From: Okamejei kenojei
Lineage: Eukaryota
Length of the DNA stretch: 64,000 nt
Assembly (NCBI GenBank): GCA_035221665.1
Contig: CM069159.1
Coordinates: 22,196,001 to 22,260,000 of the forward strand
Direction: 5' to 3'
Shown here one piece after another: positions 23,208 to 36,600 of the stretch. The translations under genes and the position numbers were made by a program. Within the stretch, counting starts at the first letter, position 1. Each line of letters starts with the position of its first letter. Under the pieces are notes generated by a model, which was not told the origin of the DNA, made no database searches, and saw only the letters and a program-made list of their open reading frames with translations.

Positions 23208-23862
23208 TAATCATGCAGGTGCAGCAGGCAGTGAAGACAGCTAATGGGGTGTTGGCCTTCATAACAAGAGGATTTGCGTATAGTTGTACGGGGCCCTTGT
23301 GAGACCACATCTGGAGTATTATGTGCAGTTTTGGTCTCCTAATTTGAGGAAGGACATCCTTGCCTTTGAGGCAGTGCAGCATAGGTTCACGAGATTAATC
23401 CCCGGGATGTTGGGACAGTCATAAGAGGAAAGATTGGAAAGACTGGGCTTGTATTCAATGGAATTTAGAAGGATCAGAGGGGATCTTACAGAAACGTATA
23501 AAATTATAAAAGGACTGGACAAGCTGGATGCAAGAAAAATATTCCCAGTGTTGGGGGAGTCCAGAACCAGGGGCCACAGTCTAAGAATAATGTGGAGGCC
23601 ATTTAAAACTGAGATGAGAACAAACCTTTTCACCCAAAGAGTTGTGAATTTGTGGAAATCTCTCCCACAGAAGACAGTAGAGGCCGATTCACTGGATGAA
23701 TTAAAGTGAGACTTATATAGAGCTCTAGGGGCTAGCGGAATCAAGGGATATGGGGAGAAGGCAGGCACGGGTTACTGACGTGGATGATCAGCCATGATCA
23801 CAATGAATGGCGGCGCAGGCTTTAAGGGCCAAATGGCCTCCTCCTGCACCTATTTTCAATGT
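23208..23862 (+). mobile_element. CR1 LINE 3' fragment
   Basis: QVQQAVKTANGVLAFI..., [39 protein letters not shown]...TRGHSL...FTQRVVNLWKSLP; 3' UTR GGCCAAATGGCCTCCTCCTGCACC. Confidence 0.92.
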
Positions 23863-24029
23863 AATCTTTGTAATGTCTGTATTTGGGCACTTTGATTCCA
23901 GTGGTGATGAGAATGTTCACATTAATAATAGGCAGCCCTAACTTTTGAATGCTCCTCACTATCAAAGCAGAGCAACAGGGTCACTTCCCCTCTTTATTCT
24001 GCTCCGCCAGAGTAGTGTTACATTTTGGG

Positions 24030-24335
24030 CTGAAGGTGCCTTGAAAAATAATTCCCCTGAATATCTCACCTCCCAAATCTGTCGCCTCTGTCACCTAGAA
24101 GGACAATGGCAGGATGCGCAAAGGAAATGCTAGCAACTGGAAACTGTTCTAAGGTGCAAATCATCATGATGTGTACATACACTGCTCCTTGTTCATTGCC
24201 ATCTGGTCAAAGTCATGGAGCTGTCGTACACAAGCACCTCAAGAAGTGACTCACAACTGCCTTGCAGGGAATGAGAGATGGGAAATACAAACTGGTCTTA
24301 TCAGTGTTGTTTAGATCTTGTTGATGAATATTAAT
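24030..24335 (+). mobile_element. Old CR1/L2-group LINE 3' end
   Basis: CACCTCCCAAATCTG..CCTCTGTCACCTAGAAGGACAATGGCAG...GGTCAAAGTCATGGAGCT...GATGGGAAATACAAACTGGTCTT; degenerate. Confidence 0.45.
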
Positions 24336-24744
24336 ATATAGCATATGCTCGTACTATGGCATTGCATGTTACTCTCCCTCGACTGCACTGCATTTATATC
24401 CTGGGTATACTGAATATGTCCTTATTTGAAAAGTCTGTGACTTTAGTCTGTTTTCATCACCATTTAATTCCTCTCTGCAGAGGGTGTTCATGTTACATAC
24501 TCATGAATAGATTAAATTAGTGTGCAACTGTTACTCTCTAAAGTCTGCAATGTATTAGTCTAAATAAGAATATAACTTTATACGCCAGAGGTCAGTGGCT
24601 TGGGTTTAAGATGAGCTGGCATGTGGAGATTTTTGCAGTGACGTGCATCAGCAAGTCCCAGCCTTCATGAGAAAAATGCTAATGAAAGGTTTAGGCAATG
24701 CAAGTACTAAGACTGAAACTATTAAATTCATGAGCAAGATGAAA

Positions 24745-24910
24745 TGGATATTTTTAAGGTGGATTGATAGGTTCCTGATTGGTATGGGTGTCAGGGGTTA
24801 TGGGGAGAAGCCAGGAAAATGGGGTTGAGAGGGAAAGATAGGTCAGCCATGAGTGAAGTGGACTTGATGGGCCGAATGGTCTAATTCTGCTCCTATGACT
24901 TATGAACGTA
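24745..24910 (+). mobile_element. CR1 LINE 3' end
   Basis: IFLRWIDRFL...GVRGYGEK then GATGGGCCGAATGGTCTAATTCTGCTCCTATG. Confidence 0.8.
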
Positions 24911-25583
24911 TACATTCCTGAGCTTTGCTAAATATGCTCCATATGCTGCATTTAGTTATTTTCTCTTACAGAATCATATTGTTGTTACTTGTATTTAGTG
25001 CATATTTACATGTAGCTAGTTAAGTATGCATACATTTTAAAAATATATATTCGTGCATGTGATTGAAAAATAAAATTATATAAAAATTATCAAAACTATT
25101 GTTCTAACTGCCTATTTGAAACAGAGGTGTTAACATAGAAAGAGAATAAAAAAAACCTTTGAATTAAATAGATCGATACTGAAATATCAAGATGTAAATA
25201 CCGTAACAATGATATTGTCAATGTTTATCTTAGTAACTGGATGAAGCAAAGTTCTGAATATTATACATTTATTTTAAAAATAATACACCTTTTTTCAGAT
25301 TCTTCATATAGATCGTTGATTTTGTTTGCATTTGATTAAGTCTAAATCACATTTTAAAAAATTGTATACTAAGTCATAACATTTGAGATGGAAAAATTCA
25401 ATCTTAAGAATCTAGTTTGTAATAAATTTTTTCTCATGCTATTGGAGAGCATTTGGCCCGTCAAACAGTTTTTAAAGCATTCCCTTCAGTCCCATTCCCC
25501 CACTTACTTTCTTGTAAACTATGCTTTCTATCATGTCTCTAAATTTCCCTTGATTTTGCTGCCATCGCCCACTTACCTACGGT

Positions 25584-25955
25584 CAAAGATCCTATAGACC
25601 ACTCCTGCTAAATGCAATGGGCAAACGTGTAGTACGGAACGTGGGCCCTTTTTTCATCCATTTCCGTAACCGGACCCGACCCGACTCGCAGTGTAATCAA
25701 TGTTGCAGAGGAACAGTTTGTGTTAATAAATTAAAATTCTGAAAATGAGGAGAAGATTTTTACCAAATAACTTTTATTTTTACGAGGATGTTTCCGTACC
25801 CGGCTTCTGTCTCCGCACTATTATCCTATGGGATCTTTGGTGTGGAGACGGAAGCCGGTTACGGAAATGGGGCCTTAAATTACCCATGAATCTGCCCATG
25901 ACCGTACTACGTCTTTTTCGTCGAGTGGACTATTTTGCTCGCTATAGGATCTTTG
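25584..25955. mobile_element. MITE with 14-bp TIRs and 8-bp TSD (P or hAT superfamily), inserted in an old SINE
   Basis: TIR CAAAGATCCTATAG / CTATAGGATCTTTG; TSD C(C/T)TACGGT at 25576-25583 and 25956-25963; subterminal and internal inverted repeats. Confidence 0.85.
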
Positions 25956-27692
25956 CTTACGGTAACAATTAACCTACTAGCACATCTCAGGAATGTGGAA
26001 GGAAATGGGAGCACCTGAGGAAACCCAGACTTTTACTGGGAGGAGGTGCAAAGGACAGATTGTATCTAGGTCAGAGAATCTGTGAAAGAAGTTATGCTAT
26101 GTCAAGAATATGTTGCAGAAAGACCACAGCTCAATAGTGTTCAGAAATAAAAGAAAACATCTCAAAGAGAAGGCCTCAGGTTAACATGGAACCTTAACAT
26201 TGTCTCAAAGATGGAACTGTGTCATAGGTGGTTGAAATTGTGTAAAAAAAGGCACAATGTGGAACAAAATAATCATCTATCCATGAATTATTTAGCATCA
26301 GTTGTTCAAAAGTATCCACTGTCTTACTATCACTGGCTCACAAATGGGGCAAAATGGGAATAAACTCAGGAGAATGAGACATGATGGGACAAAGCAATCT
26401 ACTGATACCTTCTTCACAGATTCACACACTTCATCCCAAATTAAACTTAGGAATTAAAGGACAACAAAGTTAAATAAAGCACACTAAAACATCATTGTAT
26501 CAATTGACAGAGAGCTTCAGGCTGTTGCACAGATTGCAGTTATCTTTTCTTAAACTAATGACTTTTGACATTTCCTCCTTCTGTTGTACATTATTATTTA
26601 AGTTCAAAGATGAATTAATAATAAACAAGGAAGGGCAATATACATTGTCATTTTAAATCCTTGACATTTATTATTAACATTATTTTTACCAGTGTTTTTT
26701 CAAAAATGTGTCCTTTCGTTACGTAATTTCTTTGGCAATCTTTACACTTAACTTAGTGTCCCCTAATCAAGTCCATATTTCTGTAGTTAGTCATTTAGTT
26801 ATATAACTTGCAATTTTTATTTTTGTTCATTCCTTGTCTATCTTGCATCTCTTCCAGGTAATCCGGCAGTCCGCTGAATCATTCCCTTAACTATTTGAAT
26901 ATTACATGGTTGGGGGAAGAAGAGGGAGGCTAGGAGCCTATGTAGGATATATAGTGGTAAATATTCTACAGATAAGGCTTTGGTACAGCACCATTTTGTT
27001 ATGATCACACACTTTATGGAAAAAAAATCACAACAGTAATACCTGAAGTTGATTCAATTAACCCTCTAGTTGCCATTTTGCAGGCAATGTCATTAAATGT
27101 TAACTGCATAATGCCTGTGTTGGGAAGCCAGAAACAGATTCCCCATTTAAGATCATTGTAAAACTTTTCTGGTCACTTAGCACGTGCAGTGATGCCACGG
27201 CAGTGTATGCTTCTGCCTTTAAAAGTAAAAAAATGATTGCATCACATTGCTTAAGTTTATAAACCAGAGAGAAAACTACAAAATTATTTTATTTTTTTAT
27301 TTTAATTAACCAGTCATTCTCCCCTCCCCCTGAAAAAAGAATTTAGAAAATAGAAATTATGGACTTGTTTCTACACTTTCAGCAATGATATATTTCACTA
27401 AATGTTGGACAAAAGCATTAGCATCAAGAGGGTTAATGTCTCAGCAAAACTGTGCTTACAATTACTTCTTCAAATGTTTGCTATTGTAATATACAAGGCA
27501 TTGATATTCTAAGTGAGGCATTGATAAATAAAACTATTAAAGCTCATGAACTACATCTTTTGGAGGAGATGATTACTACAACACCTCAGCTGCAGCACTG
27601 AGATGTGATTGTGGGCACCAGCAATGGGAAAGATTTTATCCAAATCAGTCACTATCACAAAAGAAGACTTAAATTACACTGTTCAGATATTG

Positions 27693-27781
27693 TCTGAAGA
27701 AGGGTCTCAGCCCAAAACATCACCCATTCTTTCTCTCCAGAGATGCTGCCTGTCCCGCTGAGTTACTCCAGCATTTTGTGT
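27693..27781 (+). mobile_element. Penelope-like 89-bp insertion starting at the hammerhead core
   Basis: TCTGAAGAAGGGTCTCAGCCCAAAACATCACCC...; perfect 14-bp TSD CTGTTCAGATATTG at 27679-27692 and 27782-27795. Confidence 0.85.
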
Positions 27782-30319
27782 CTGTTCAGATATTGGTTTA
27801 GGGTACACGATTTGCTATTTTAAAGGAGTCCACATTCAACTACATTTCTAAAAGATTTGCACTTAGATTCCAATGGAGCAAGTTTCTCATTAAGTTGGAG
27901 GAAGAAAGACATTGTCTGCATTTAAGACTTGAAACTGGGTCAATTGTGATAGGCTGCAGCAAAAATTAGCACCAATGTGCACTTTATATCTAGAACCACC
28001 TCAATCTTTTATTCCAAACACATACTGTAAAATATGGCCCATATATTGTTCAGATAGCATTATCATAACCTAAGATATCTCTCCCTTTGATCAATATGCA
28101 GTAATTCAACAGCTGGTCCAGAATAATTCAAGTTGGTTTCCCAAAGAGAGAAATATAATACTGCATATCGCCTGTATTAAAATTAATTCCACAATTACAT
28201 TAGAAAGACAGCACACATGTTTTTTTTCTGGTTTATGCAGACTGTATATCAAAGCACAAAGGCATTAAAAACCAAATACATGTCCAAATATAAATTAATG
28301 TTTCTGCAAAAATTATACAAATATCTGTAAACCAACTTTTTAAACACTTGTTAAAAACATTTAAAAACAATTACTATATTCAATTAAACATAGGATATCT
28401 TTACTGGATGTCCCTGGCTTTATGTAGACCAAGCTTTGAAATCTCTGCAGTCTATAGGTATAATTTGCACCAAATTCCATCCTTTAATTCCAAAGAATAA
28501 ATATACCATCCAGTCAAATTCCTCAGAAGTGGCTGTGGCATGAATATTAAACCAGTTACAGATTATAAAGTGTATCCCAGTATGGATCATTATTGGTATT
28601 ATGGTTATAATACATGGATGGAGTCAGATAGGTGCCATATTTATTCTTTAACTTTATCAGTCTTTAAAGGCTCTAAAACTATTAAATTCAGGATTCCTTA
28701 CATTGAGTCTACACCATCAATATCAACGATATCTAGATACTTGAATCCTGTTTGTTGTATTGCAAAAGTACATCACTGTCATTTCTTCTATACATTTGCA
28801 AGGAGACCTGCCCAGTTACGATACAAAGGGCTCTCATCACAATGTACTCCTAACAAATGGCAAACAGTTGGAAATTTTCACAATGGTTGATTACAATCTG
28901 AGTTTTTGAGCTAAGCCCTTACAAACTGACAAAAAATCCCAGGTGATTTAAAATAACAACTGGAGTTTTCCTAAAATACTCATAAAATTCTTGAGGTTTT
29001 TTAAAATAATCAAATACAGCCTTGATGACTCAGAAAAGGTGATATTTCTTTTTTTTTTAGACATATTGGAATACCAACAAGCACAAACTAGATTAATTAG
29101 TAAACTAACTTAATTGAAAACCAACATGTATAATTAAACCCTGTATTAAACATTTTATGTAATTGGTGTAAATTGGTGTAGATGATAGTATTTGTATTAG
29201 TGAACTTACGTTTTAAACAATTGTTAACAAGAAATCTTTACCTTTTTTCATGGTTTTATCAATAACTTGTTTCACTAATCTTCATGAGAAAATGATATAA
29301 CAGCAATGACTGTACAATATATTTTATAGTAACCCTAATAGGACAGGCAGCAAGGTGTCAAGAGTAACTTTTGGCCTGTGCTAACCAGTTAATAATCTCG
29401 GTCTAAATGCCTAACTCTTTTAATGAGGAGATGCAGTGTAATTGGTATCATTCATGGCATGGAGATGGAGATGGAGGAAGAGAAATATCAGTTGGCCTAG
29501 TTTCCATTCTTACTGTATATTTTTAATGGGTGTGAAACCTCATATTTACATCAGTCAATAGTGGTATCTGTCCAGACGCAGGTAAATAAGCTATATTCAT
29601 GGCCTGCCAGCTTTAGCAGTGGGGCACTATCCTGCACAAACTTCATCAGAAGAAGCTCCATCAGGGTGAAGAGAAGCCGATTAAATAAATGAAGCCCCAT
29701 CAAAAAGCAAGGTTTCTAATTGACCACTACCAAGATCAAAATGAGCTTTCTTCAATACTGATTGTAACAGTGAGAATACTGTGATTATATTTCAAGCGAT
29801 ATGCTAAGAGATTGTCCTTTGAAGTTGACTGAAGAGATCAGCAAATGAGGCATATTTACATCTAGTTGGCTCTTTACCTCTCTCGACAAGTGTTTCTTTT
29901 TAGAACAAGTAGGAAGGATTCCTATTTAGCATACCCATCCTTGTAAACTTCACTGCTCCTCAATCTCTTGCTTCTAATGATGGTCATAATTTACACACAG
30001 AATTGCTCCTCACCACTGAAAAAGAGCAGTGAAAGTTGAGCAACAAAAGCCTTGACTGGATGTCAGCTCATTATTGGTAGCATGGTGGGCCAGGGTGCAT
30101 ACCACTGCTTCTGTCCATTCACAGTTCAAAAACAGAAAGAGGCTGTAACAACTGCCAGACTAAAAATGATGGTGTAAATAACAATAGAGGTCAAACCTCT
30201 TAGCTCACTGTCGCAACCTGTCTGATTTACCATGTAACCAGTGGCACCATAGTTTACAAATATACTGGCAAAAGTACTGGCATAAACTGGAGATGCGTAA
30301 TAACCTTGGTATCTGAAGG

Positions 30320-30635
30320 TCAAAGCCTTTTTTCCAGAGTAGGGGAATCTAAAACATGAGGACATAGGTTTAAGGTGAGGGGGGGGGAAGTTTAAAGTGG
30401 ACCTGAAGGGCACCTATTTCACATTGGTGGTGAATAAATGGAATGGAATGTCAGAGGAAGCTATTGAGGTGGGTATAATCACAACACTACAAAGATATTT
30501 GGACAGGTCAATGGATAGGAAAGGTTTATAGTGATATGCCAAACACAGGCAAACAGGACTAGCTCAGATGGACATCTTGATTGCCATGGACGATTTGGGC
30601 AGGAAGGCCTGTTTTCATTCTACAACTCTACATAC
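30320..30635 (+). mobile_element. CR1 LINE 3' fragment, diverged
   Basis: TTTTCCAGAGTAGGGGAATCTAAAACATGAGGACATAGGTTTAAGGTGAG...GAAGGCCTGTTTTC...ACTCTA. Confidence 0.8.
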
Positions 30636-30667
30636 ATACTAAATTCAGTGAAGAAAATTAATGGCAA

Positions 30668-30868
30668 AAGAACAAAGTACTGGAGGAACTCTGTGGGCCA
30701 GGCAGCATCTGTGCTGGGATAGGACAGATGACCTTTTGACTTGGGATTCTTCAGTCTGAAGAGGGGTCCAGACCCAAAATGTCCATAGATGCTGCCTGAC
30801 CTGCTGAGTTCGTCCAGCTCCTTGGATTTTGCTCAAGATTCCAGCCACTGCAATTTCTTGTCTCCGAA
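30668..30868. mobile_element. Penelope-like inverted terminal-repeat pair with degenerate hammerhead core
   Basis: Inverted arms meet at TTCTTCAGTCTGAAGAGGGGTCCAGACCCAAAATGTC. Confidence 0.7.
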
Positions 30869-31654
30869 GCAAATTAAGACTTGTCCATTTCAGTGAGGTT
30901 TCTTTTCAATTCTGTGATTGGCCTTAATTTCTGTTAGGAGGAAATGTTTCTGGCACTATGAATGGACTCTTGATAATGTATAGACTCATTTCCTAAGATT
31001 TTATTTATTGTTGAATGTTAAAAGTAATCATTTTTTAAAACAATCTCATTTATCTTTCTTAATGAAATATTTAATTTTCTGTTTGCTTCGGATTTGGTAC
31101 TGAATTCAATATTCTGGCCAAGGTTTCTTGTTATTTTTATCCTGATAGGTTAATTAAATACAAGGGCACTCACACAGCTCAGAGATGCTCTATTGGGGTC
31201 AAATGTACTTTGAGCATTGGGTCAATGGCTACTCTGATGTAAAACTGCCTTGTTAGTCTTCTGTTGCTGTCAGATGGATTAAAACTCCTCCCTAAATATT
31301 TCACCATGATGAATTTTGCATGAAGGATTAACAACTGTGACGCAAGCTCACTGAATGAGGAACTAGTGGGTAAGGAAGATATTCAATACCTGAACTACTG
31401 TATCCTCCGGTACTGTTGAAAATACTTTAAAAGTTTCCACCACATACTTAAGTGCTCCTGGAACAAAAATACAAAATTAACTGTGAACGCATCCACTTGG
31501 AATTGGACTGGGGATATTACAAAGATTTTTGTCTTGGGTTTCTTTCATTCATCGCTTGATTCATAATGAAGTCCACAGAGCAAACAAAAGGAAAAGTTAA
31601 CAGACTACACAGCTTGCCAAAATAATTTGTGACATAAAAATCCTCTCTGGGGAC

Positions 31655-31760
31655 GACTGAGATATAGCTCTTAGGGCTGACGGAATCAAGGGATATGGGA
31701 AGAAAGCAGGAACGGGGTACTGATTTTAGATAACCAGTCATGATCGTATTGAACTGCGTA
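31655..31760 (+). mobile_element. CR1 LINE short 3' fragment
   Basis: GATATAGCTCTTAGGGCTGACGGAATCAAGGGATATGGGAAGAAAGCAGG, as at 23715-23770. Confidence 0.75.
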
Positions 31761-33469
31761 TCGTGTTGAATATTCATTGGAATATTTTTGCCTTCTACAT
31801 TCTTCCTGAATATTCTTCTTCAATTAGCTATTTCACTTCCAGCACGGAAAAAAAAGCCAGGTTTGCTCTGAAATAACTTTAGGACTACCTAATTTAGAAT
31901 ACCAAGCCTTTGAGTCTAAAATGCAATTATCCCCATATAAGTTGACAATGCTATTACATGCTATAGATAGGAATTTGTAATAGCATTGCATTACATGCTA
32001 TTACATGCTATAGATAGGAATTTGCAAGAAAATAAGATGATAAATTAGCAGTGCTTGTAAATGGCTATGATTCAATCAGGAACAAATAGATATTTAAAAA
32101 AAATACATTTCTGCAATAAAGTGGAACACAAGTAAAATTTTGCTTTCCAAAATGAAAAATCAATGTTCATGAGACACAATGCAGCAAAATACTGGCGGGA
32201 TGATGGTTTTCCACAGATTTAGTCCAACAGTTGTAAACATGGTTTCTGGCAATTATTATTCAATGTCACCAGTATGCTAAATATACAAGACTCTCCTTTT
32301 TAATAATTCGTAAATGGAAATGGGGACAGCCATAACAAAACTAGCCAGCTTCTCTATCATTATCTTGAAGAAATAGAACTAAGAATGTAATTAATCCACC
32401 ATGGTATCACACTTTGATGGATCTTCATCAAGGAAAGATATATGATTGTCCACAGTGGTTTAAGCCGATTTCTGTTAATTTCATTTGATATTTCTCCCTT
32501 TTAAATTATTCACCTGACCATTTGCATCACTTTCAGATAATTGATTCCTTAAATGAGATAATGGAGCAACTTAACTTGTCTCTATCCTCTATCAAACACT
32601 TATTTTATGCATTACATCGTTGACCCAAAAGAAAGTGGCCTTGCCTTCCCCTCACGCTTTAGTAAGAAATCTTTGGTGCTTTGTTATATGTTCGAATTTA
32701 ATAAGTAAGTATCAGATTCTGGGAGCAATGCATATTCAAATTATTTTAGTGCGATCTTACAGAATCAACATCTCATTTGGTTTAGCATGACATTGTTATG
32801 GCAACATTCCCAATATGCTGCTAATGATTGCCCTGGAAAGACACATATATCTGAAATACATTTTGGTATGTCAGATTTGACATAAAAGGTGAGATGGAGG
32901 ACATGTAGGACATGTTGAACAAAGAGAAACATATCCAGTGAGAAACTACAGCTTTGCTGTAGTTTTACAATATTGTGGTAAAGAAATAATGGCAAGAGGT
33001 TCTGATTAAACATGTCTTAATAGATGATGCAGCAACAATGCAAATTGAGGTTGAGAATGGTGAAAATAAAATTATTTTTACGGATTTTCTGGACGGGAGG
33101 GGTGCATTGTTCAAAATGTTTTACAAATTATAAAAATCTATGAAAGGGCCAGAACATTTCCTTCTGTGATTTTATTTTTTTAGTTCATTTGCAGGATATG
33201 GGCATTGTTGTCATCATTCATCTCAATGAGGGAAGGAGAGGAATTGGTAAGTGGTCATTCGGGCTTCTGGTACAGTAAAATATCTAAACAGTCAGAACAC
33301 TTGCAAGTTCTCTTTAAACTCACACGCTGTCCTGAATTGGAGATGTATTGCTGATTCTTCACACTCTCTGAATCTAAACCTTGGAACTCCCTCCTCAATA
33401 ACCCTTTGTTTTTTTTAAAATCCCCAGTGCAATTGGCATCTAAAGTCCATGTGTAAAATTAAATTTTCA

Positions 33470-33662
33470 GGGCTGGACAGATAATTTGATAGTAACAGAT
33501 GGACAGAAATACTTTCAAAAGCAGACTCACTGTCACATCTTTGTGAATGGAGGTAATCGAGGGATATTGGTTATGTGCAGTTAGTTAAGTAATGGTCGTG
33601 GCATCATGTTCAGCTCATAGATTGTGGACCAAAGGGCCTGTTCTGTTCTATTTTCTATGTAT
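33470..33662 (+). mobile_element. Old CR1 3' end
   Basis: Ends GGACCAAAGGGCCTGTTCTGTTCTATTTTCTATGT. Confidence 0.55.
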
Positions 33663-36600
33663 TCCTAAGAGTACAGTTAATATTGGAGATGTAAGAAAAA
33701 GAAGCGTTATTTGCAATTTTTCTGCCTTTATTTTCACTTTCGATTAATCCCAGTTTTTGCTCCTGTTTATTTTAGAATTTAGAGAGACAATTTGTCCTCT
33801 GTTGCTCATTCTGAGTTTTGATCGATTCAATTACTTTGTACACGATGTACACAAGTTATGGCCTCCTCTGTACATTTGATACAGAGGAGAAAGGAAGGTA
33901 GTCTGGTGGGATCCTTTAGCAAAGGAATATTGGAGCTCTGAAATAGTATTACCAAAATAAGCCCATTAAAGTGACAGAAGAGATGCCTGGAATTAGGAAA
34001 CATTTATCTGGTGGTAGAATTGACTGAAACAGTAGTTGGGAGAGTGGAAGCATGAGATTGCTGAGTCCCAAGCTCTTTATGTTTTTGAAACAACCGTTCC
34101 TGTAAATGCAACAGTGGGATAATTTAATGCACAGAAATGCACACCAACATTATTGAAATTCTCATTATTGTCCTAATTTTTCATATTTCTCAGGTATTAT
34201 CGTTGTCCTCATTTTATTCTATGAATGCTATTGTGTAACAGGCAGGTTATCCAATCAATGTGTAACTTAGCCCATCGTAGTTTGTTGCCAATATATAGAT
34301 AGATGGCCTATCAAGCTGCGGCCTTGTAACTGTCTGGCAAGCCACTCGAACAGATAAAAACCTATTTGGTCTGGACACCACATGCTGGCCTGTGTAACTG
34401 AGGAAAGATTATTCAAAGTGGCATTGAGTCTGACATGAACAGAGGCACAGGCTTAGGCTATCAAGTTTGTTTCGCCTTCTGACTTTTCAATTAGATCTTG
34501 GCTCATCCATCTCACTTCCTATTGCCCAGGTTCATCCTTTCCTTACTAACAACGGACTTGTTGTATCGAAAGAACAAACTTGGGTAAAAGAAAATGTCAA
34601 TCGATTCATCTGCAACCTCTTTGGACAGTGAGTTTCACACTTACACTGTTCTTTATAAGATAAAGTGTTTTCTTATTTCAATTAATAATCTTAACATCCA
34701 CAAGCAAGGAAATAATTTTCCTCTAGGTACATTACTGAATCCCTTAACCTTGATTAGACTCACGTGTTTACCTTGGAAATTGTATAACACAGCATGATAC
34801 TGAGACTTTAGGGATGACATGGTAAGAATAATTTATATGGTTGAAAGGTGATCTGACCCAGGTATGATCAGTGTCTAATATTATTTTGCTCAGTATGTAT
34901 ACAGAATAAATACTTTACATTTCAGAACTCCTCCGTTTATGCAAACAAGCCATCGGCATTTTGAATGAGAAATGCCAGCCACGTTGAAAAAATGTCCCAA
35001 AATCTCATTCCCCACGTCTCACATCAACAAATACATCCCAAAGCTCTATCATGCAGCAGAATATTTTCTGCTAAACTACTACTTTAATATCCAACAGTAA
35101 GTTTCTTTATACATTTTTCCTGACTAATTTCACTTTCATTTTCCCCTACATTTCTTCAAAGTCTATTTACCTTTCAAGCTGCATGCATCATTAATAAAGC
35201 ATCTGTAAAAATGTATCTCTACATAAAGATTTCTGGTACAAAGAGATAATGTTCCTATCCAATATTTGTTGAGGCAGATGTCACATTAATTACACAGTAC
35301 TATAAATATATCTCTCATATTTATAACCAGTACTTTTCCGAATAAACATTTTTTTCTCTCTTTAATCATGTTTTCACACTAAGCCAAAAGGAATTTAAAC
35401 ACAGAGGAGGATGTCATTATTCAAGTACATTTGCCCTGAACTTTCACACTGTTAGATTTATGAGAGAAAGCTCTTGTCTCTGTTAACATTATTCAATGAT
35501 TTCTCAAAAAGTATTGCAGACTGTCATGAGTGGGATACTCTCACTAGTTCATTAACACATGTTTCATTCATACCATATACATTGTTTAATAAATCTCAGA
35601 TTGCGCTTTTGTTTAGTATAATGGCAATGGGAACCAACGGAGAGATGGGAGTCACATTCCACACTTTTATAAATCATCGCAAGCTATTTAATGGATATCC
35701 CACCTGAGACATTGAGTTATGGCAGACCTTTTAAAAATGGGTCACTTCGATAAACTCATATGCTTTCCATTTATGGCCCTATGAAAGGAAACCAATGCTT
35801 CATTATCAATTATTACAAGGGCAATTTTTCACTGTAAATGGATTTTTGCAAATTATGCATTAAATCGTTATCTGAGCATTATCATTCTGTTCAATGCCAA
35901 AATGACATTTTATTGGCCAACGTAAGTGTTTTGATATAACATGCAAGTCCAACATTTATTTACTTCCCTAAATCACTTCAGTTTTGAGGTTTCACCAAAG
36001 TTGTAACCAGGGTAACTATCCAAGTGATAGGTCAATATCCATTAACAAGTCTTGCACATTAATAGAAACTGATGGAAAGGATAGAGGAAATAAATTCTAG
36101 CAAGAGCAATACTACTTCATATCAATAAACCATCCTCTCTTCACTTTTTCCCAAAGGCATTTAAATAGAGAAACAGCTAAATCTGAAAATTTACTTTTTG
36201 ATTGCTAGTTTATTAAATGCCAGATCTATTGTGACAATGTGAATATTCCATTGACATTTTATTAATTCATATCTGAGTATTAGGGGAAGCTTACTTTTGT
36301 AATATCCAATTGGTTATCAGAACTGCAATATTTAATTACGTTTGTATCTGCAATATTCAAAGGTTTGCCCTGGAAATTCTGATATTGTAATTTTCAATCA
36401 ATTTCCTTGATAAAAAATTCATTTGATCCTCTTGAAAGCCAAGGAATTCAAACATCAATTAGATTATGGATCTCACACAAACAAGCACTGATAACAACAG
36501 GACGTTTGCTGATTTAATAAAAATTGAAAGTAAGTAATCAGATTTGTTACCAGTTCTTTGTAATTGGACATCATACCAAAGAATACCAACATTGATCTCC

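Noticed and set aside
28540-28890. 116-aa ORF with SKT motif suggestive of a tyrosine recombinase
   Set aside because: No R...HxxR...Y catalytic pattern, no supporting splice sites and no recognisable family.
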